Shown: one piece after another, positions 52,701 through 64,000 of the stretch
Position numbering within the stretch: position 1 is the first letter of the stretch
How the letters are laid out: the number at the start of each line of letters is the position of its first letter
From: Raillietiella orientalis
Lineage: Eukaryota
Assembly: GCA_036172245.1 (NCBI GenBank)
Contig: JAYWIR010000014.1
Location: forward strand, 3,720,001-3,784,000
DNA: 64,000 bases
Reading direction: 5' to 3'
Notes under the pieces: generated by a model
Database searches by the model: none
What the model was told of the DNA's origin: nothing
Seen by the model: only the letters and a program-made list of their open reading frames with translations
Translations under genes and position numbers: made by a program

Positions 52701-54262
52701 CGTCATTCCCCTAAGATTTCTTACCATTTCAAACTGACGAAAACGAGACTCGAAGCAGTTTTCTCCTTTTTTTCTTCCTTTTTCTGAAGCCCTAGTAAAT
52801 CAAGACAGTGCTACATAAATGAAATGCAAGCATATGAGAATCATTTTATTATTTTATTTCTGGAGTCAATAGTCATAAGTAATGTCATTGAAGCTCCGTG
52901 TCTTGGGGACAGGGTTGAAGAATCGATAAATAAAAGTCACCAAAGCTTCTCATTGCAGTAGTCTAAATGCCAGGAATCGAATACGCACTGCATTAAAGAA
53001 GAAATAGAATCGCATGTGTTTTTTTTTTTTTTTCATTTCTGATCCAAATCGTTTTGCTTAGAGGGTCAAACTAGATCCTATACATGAAACAGGAAACCTA
53101 TGAAACTCAATAAATTTTTGCTTTCACCCCACCCACACTCCCCCTTCTCACTGTCGACGCCCGTACGTGTTCAAAAATACTTTGAATATAGCGCCCACAT
53201 CAACAAGATTAATGGCTGCTTTCCATCATGTTCGAATTATTTGAACTTTATGTATGCAAGAGACAGCTTAGGCAATCCCTAGCGTGTTGGAATACCAGGT
53301 TGCTTCCTTGAAGGTTAAATAGATTCTGGAAAAAAAAAAAAACGAATACTTTGCTCACACAACTTTCATGCAGCTTTCAAGAGGCTCTGCAACTAAACCA
53401 TCAAACAAATCTAGGAACAAGCTGCTGTTGACGGGAGCAATGCCGGGTTTACGGTATTCATATCCTTCGTCAACAGCATCACTAGTGTTTGGAGAAGAGT
53501 GCAAGCGCACCGTATGGCAAGGGTGGGTAGATGGTGGAACATTCCTTGAGGTTTCTTGAACTTGTACCCTCGACTGCGATCGCAGCGTGTGACTCTTCAG
53601 CGACCAGGTTACGGGTTCAGTTCAAAAAGATAGTCTTTGCTCTGTAATGCAAACTCTTGACGAACGACGTTCATGTAGCCATCCAGCACCGAACGACAGC
53701 AGAAATCTCATGAAACCATAAAGATAGGTGCATAGGAAACGGTAGGACTTGTGGAAACCCCTTGTTGTTTTATTTTTCCCACAGTTGGACACTCCTAGAC
53801 TCCTTAGTATGGGAACCTGTGGAGAATAAAGTTATTTCACCACGACACAGACCAACACTTATTTCCTACAAGAAACTGTAGCTTTGCCCAAGGGTAGTAA
53901 CAGAGCCAGGGACGGCAACGGAGCCGTGGTTACTGCTAACTGGAAACTTTAAAGAAACTGTAGCGGCACGTGGTTGGGGCTAAGATGATAATTCAACATA
54001 TGCTGCATTGCCTCCCAAAGCGTGGATCTCAGCTATGATAAGGGAGAGATGCCTGTAAGAACATGTCTGGAGACAAAATCTGAATTTTCTTTTTTTCTTG
54101 AGATTTCTCGTGCATGCGTTGATCTACATGTGTGCGCTTTGTGACGCAATCAAGAAAACAAATATACTGTGAGTAAAAGACTGCATGCTCCATTCTGCGC
54201 ATCGCACTACCGAAAAAAATGATGATGCGGGCAAACTGGATGTGGTGATAACCTGCTTAGTG

Positions 54263-54306
54263 AAAATCAGAATAATAAATAATTTATTATTTATTATTCT
54301 GATTTT
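54263..54306. repeat. Perfect 20-bp inverted repeat with 4-nt spacer
   Basis: aaaatcagaataataaataa-ttta-ttatttattattctgatttt. Confidence 0.85.
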
Positions 54307-57300
54307 GTTTCCTTTGAGAAAATGGAGGTTTTTTTAAATATTATTATGTTGGATACTAGTTATAACGGTGGAAAATTCAACACAAATTTTATGAAATTGG
54401 ATTGAATTTACTGAATATTAGTGCATATGCGAGCTAATATTATTGGATCCTATCTCTGTTAGAACACATGAACATAGTAACCATACCAGACTTCAACTCT
54501 GTGAATGTAAGGGCCGACGTGAGATTAATCCTCTTACTAACTAAATACCAAAACCACGAAAAAAAATTAGAAATGCAACCATAGTAGTTTCCTACATTTT
54601 TATGTAAAAAAGAAAAGGACTTTGTATGTGATTTTTTCTCCCGTGATTTGGAAAACTCTGAAAAGTGAACTTAATTCTCATCTAACGATAAATGTTGACC
54701 TCGCAATTAAGATGAGGAGAAAAAAAAAATTTCCTTTTCCGTTCAGTAAGCCAGTGGACTTGGATATTTCGTTATCAATCGACTTGATCGTTTGCGATCT
54801 TCACGGAGAAACGAATCAAAAATTTCCATCCGAGTCCTATGTGAGCATGTGAAAGTTCACAAAATGTTATTTACGATTGAATCAATGTGAAAAGAACCCG
54901 TTCCTTAGTCACTGGAGAAGAAATGCCCGGGACCTTGCACATGCAACTGGACATTTCATCTTTTTCAAATAAGATCATAAGGTCAAGAATAAATAGTACT
55001 GCCCAGAACGGTTTTAAATAACAGATAATGAATGTGTGCATTCTATCAACTATTACGCCTTCAATTTTCATTCGTACTGGACTTGGCATGGCTGAATAAA
55101 TGGTATACTTATAACAGTCATGCTATTCTACAATTCTTTACAGATAAACAAAAACAAAAAATATACAATTCACATTTATAATGCTGATTCAATGATGCTT
55201 CTGACATTAATTTTGTCCTGAACGAAGCTTTAGAAATTAGGCACGTGTAAAAAATGCAAGTAGTGCTTATCTAAGGGAAAAAACATGTCCGTAAAGTTTT
55301 CTTTTTAACAGTAATTTTTGAAAGTTTTCTTCCCAAATGCAGTTCTCGTCTTCACTTTTTTTTTTCTTTCACTTCTTGAGCTCCTGTTTTCTTTTTTGGA
55401 TTTCAAAATGTTTGAATTATAACACACAGCTTTTTCTTGATTGTAATTTGATAGCATACTATCGATGATCTTTTCATTTGATTCGTTTACTATAGACTGC
55501 ATCGTTATTCGATCAACTGCAGGAACAGATGTTCCTTTGCATGAATAGAACTTTACGTCACCTTGGGTGCGAGTATTGTAATGAATCTGATGTGAATTTT
55601 CAAATCAATTCAGAAGTTAATTTTTGATAGTTGCTACAGTCCATGATTGTAGCGAGAGTTCTCTCTCCATATAGTTCTACCAGCACACTTGTTCAAATAA
55701 GAATCAGTTTCATAATTTAATTTTCTACGGTTTACTGGACCGCAATTTTAATGTTCTATGGTTTACACTTACCAATTATGATTGATACTTATCAATTATC
55801 CAATTATGCTATCAATGACTAGCATTTGAATTTCAAGCGTTTACAGATGAAAGAACAGGATTATTTTCATCATCGCATCTGTGTTACCAAGCTTCTTGTT
55901 TCTAATCCTTGTTGATTAAGGTTTAAAGGCATTCAGCTGGAGCTGAGAAAATTAAAAAAAGTCACCTAGACAACAAGCATCGCAGCAGAGTTAAAAACAC
56001 AGACAGCTACCTCACTGAATTTCGAAGATGAACTGGATATTTCGAGCTGTAAAAGGTGATAAAAGTGAGGGAAGTTTTCATGTTTTCATAGTTGAGCTCT
56101 GTTGTTGAATAACAGACGGGACAGCACATAAATATAATTTTAGAAAAAAATAAAGTGTATGAATCAAAAGCATTCATGAGAATCTTGGATCAACCAAACA
56201 TACGGAGAGACGTGCTGTTAAGGAGGCACGATCACATGCTTGCAAAACAGATTTTCGCTCATAAGCAAAACGGGAAATAAAAGTCATGAAAGCTCCAATT
56301 GGGTTCCTTCTGATTCTTATGCATATTTTGCAGAACATGCCGAAGGAAACCTTCACACAGTTTTTATTTCTGTAAAGTTTTAAGTTTAAACAAATTCCTG
56401 TGGTCGAGAGTTTTTTTTATTTTATCCCTCAGATTTAAATGCAATGAATTAATAAATCCAAGTCTGAATAAAATAATGCAATCATGAATTAAAAACGAGA
56501 ATAATAAAACTGATAATAGAATAATTAATAGGATAAAGGTATTTTGTTATTACTGCCTTGCACTTCGATACGATCCCGCAGGGATTTCAAATGTACGTGA
56601 GATTGGCATTTAAGGTGATGTGGAATTTATCTTCTAAATAAATATGCCTATAAATATACAAGTGGGAAGTGAAGTGATGTATCTTGGGTGTGAATCGAAC
56701 AGTTGATGCCAGCCCATTACTTCAATCATATTTCTTTCATCGTTTGAATGGTGTGTGAAGTTGAAGCAACACCCACACTGCTAATTCACAAGTGATTATT
56801 GTCAGTATTTATGAATTTCGTTGTTAATAAGTGTTTGATCCCAACGAAGATTTAAGGTAAGTTTACCAGAATAATACGCCAGTGGTCATATTTTTTTAAA
56901 GTAAATCTTAATACCTACAAAGTCATTTATGAAGTTTGTAAACCCGGTGTCATCTTGGACATCACTTTGAAATATTTTGCAAAAAAAGCCGGTCGACCCG
57001 AAAATTTACTACGCAGTTATCAAATTGGAAAAAAATTTTGATTGCATCTTCTGAACTGAATTGCTTTGCAGATTTTTGTTGCCGTGTACTAACAGACTTT
57101 GATAATACTTAGGATAAAATATGAAAACCTATTTTGTTTGCTTTTGCTTAATGTTAATGGATTAATGTGAAATATTCGGTTTTTATCATTTTTGCATCAT
57201 TCTGGGTCAATATTATTAGTCGATATGATTGCTCCATGAATACTTTGTTTTTTGTTCACTAAATTGAATGTAAATGTAAAAACTTCCAGCCAATTTGTAA

Positions 57301-58298
57301 GTTGTTGAAGTAATTTAACCTGCAACTATTCTAAAGAGGTCAAAATTCTAACGGAGAATCCATTATTATTCCCATATTACATCATGTTTTCATGAATTAT
57401 TTTATTTTAATTGCCCCAAGTTCCAGAAAGTAATGTTAACAAATTCATCTCAATAAGATATATATCTCAATAAGAAACTAGAATTATTCGGTAGAAATGT
57501 GTTCTTCAGCTTATTTTGAGATAATCAGTTTGTAAAATTAGCAAAATAAAACGCTTCTTATACCATCCTGGGCAAAAATTAAAAAAACTTATTGCTTCTC
57601 AGGTTTTGTATGGTCTTGTTCAGTGTGCATGTCTGTATGTGTATTTTCTGCATCACTTTCTTCGTGTCTTTAGTTTATCACCTGGATATGCTGGGGCATT
57701 TATATAGGAAAAATAAAAATACAATGAATTTTCTCATGGTGAACCCAAGGCTCACCATGTCGCAACAGCTTGCTGGTACAAAGACTGGCAAGGTCCATCC
57801 AACATGCAGGGGTGGGAATAAAGTCAACAAAAAGAAACAAAAAAATTCAAACGCAGGGAGGGGATAAATGTTTGGGGGTGGGGAGGTAGGAGAAGGGCAC
57901 AGATCAGTCCTCTAGATCCTGCTCAGGATCCTAGCAAGCAGAGTCCTACTTGCACCCAGGTGGGGCCACCTGGAAATGTTTCACATGAAGATGTGAGTCC
58001 AGTGGATAGCATCCCTGCCATTCTGTCGTCTTCTGGACGTGTTCCATGCCACCACAATTCCACAAATGCATTACAGCACTGCTACAGATGCAGCTGGGGG
58101 GCAAGCTGGTACGCGAGAAGAGGAGCCTGAAAATGTCCCTGGGGGTGCCTCTGCCAATTTTTAGGATTGTCGCAAGACAATTCCAGAGGGGATGGAGGGC
58201 AATTCAAATCTTTTGTTGGTTGATTACACTGAATTGATCATATTGATTACATCGCATTCTTAGATTATATTTTGTATTTTCAAGATCAATCTCATGCA

Positions 58299-63747
<5,449 letters not shown>

Positions 63748-63868
63748 GTATACTTATTATTTGGAATAACCTTTTATATACAATTCCTTTTTTTTTTAAT
63801 TACCAATTGGATTTGTGAATTCGAAACTTCCTTCAGACCATGCTGCAGTTATTTTGATAGCCAATCTG

Positions 63869-63892
63869 GTGTGTGTGTGTGTGTGTGTGTGT
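63869..63892. repeat. (GT)n microsatellite in a PCYT2 intron
   Basis: Run of about 12 GT units. Confidence 0.9.
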
Positions 63893-64000
63893 TTTTAAAA
63901 TAATGGATAGCATTGTAATTTTCTTGGACTGGAATCCAAGGATGGGTTGTTATTGCAATCTTTTTTGGATTCATTTAGAACGTTTGACAACTCCGTATAC

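Noticed and set aside
53350..53600. GYKFKKP and GYEYRKP motifs on the minus strand, like arthropod cuticle-associated proteins
   Set aside because: They are in different frames, would need a 29-nt intron to join, and have an upstream stop with no start.
54219..54302. Box C/D snoRNA (ATGATGA ... CTGA)
   Set aside because: The D box lies within a perfect AT-rich hairpin, there is no plausible rRNA guide and no host intron.

Overview
Eukaryotic (animal, probably arthropod) genomic DNA; most of the supplied six-frame ORFs are artefacts of GC-rich sequence. The window alternates between GC/CpG-rich blocks (about 1-16.2 kb and 31.3-52.7 kb) and AT-rich blocks (about 16.3-28.5 kb and 52.7-64 kb), judged by eye. 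The AT-rich blocks hold spliced housekeeping genes, many of whose introns are only ~50 nt: RPS2 (+), DBT (branched-chain keto-acid dehydrogenase E2, -) and a partial PCYT2 (+). The GC-rich blocks hold a two-TM membrane protein ORF and a tandem pair of paralogous secreted follistatin/Kazal multi-domain genes (-). A tRNA-derived SINE family (one complete copy with TSD and tail, plus a nested or tandem cluster) and decayed LINE RT relics sit at both edges of the central GC-rich block. Most notable: (1) a candidate spliced micro-gene encoding a 29-aa peptide, nested on the same strand inside DBT intron 3; (2) a Kazal domain whose reactive-site loop is replaced by a ~92-aa Gly/Ser/Tyr repeat, with paired disulfide loss; (3) a SINE built from variable numbers of cUUCGg hairpin modules that brackets a compositional domain. 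All exon structures were read by hand and no searches were run.
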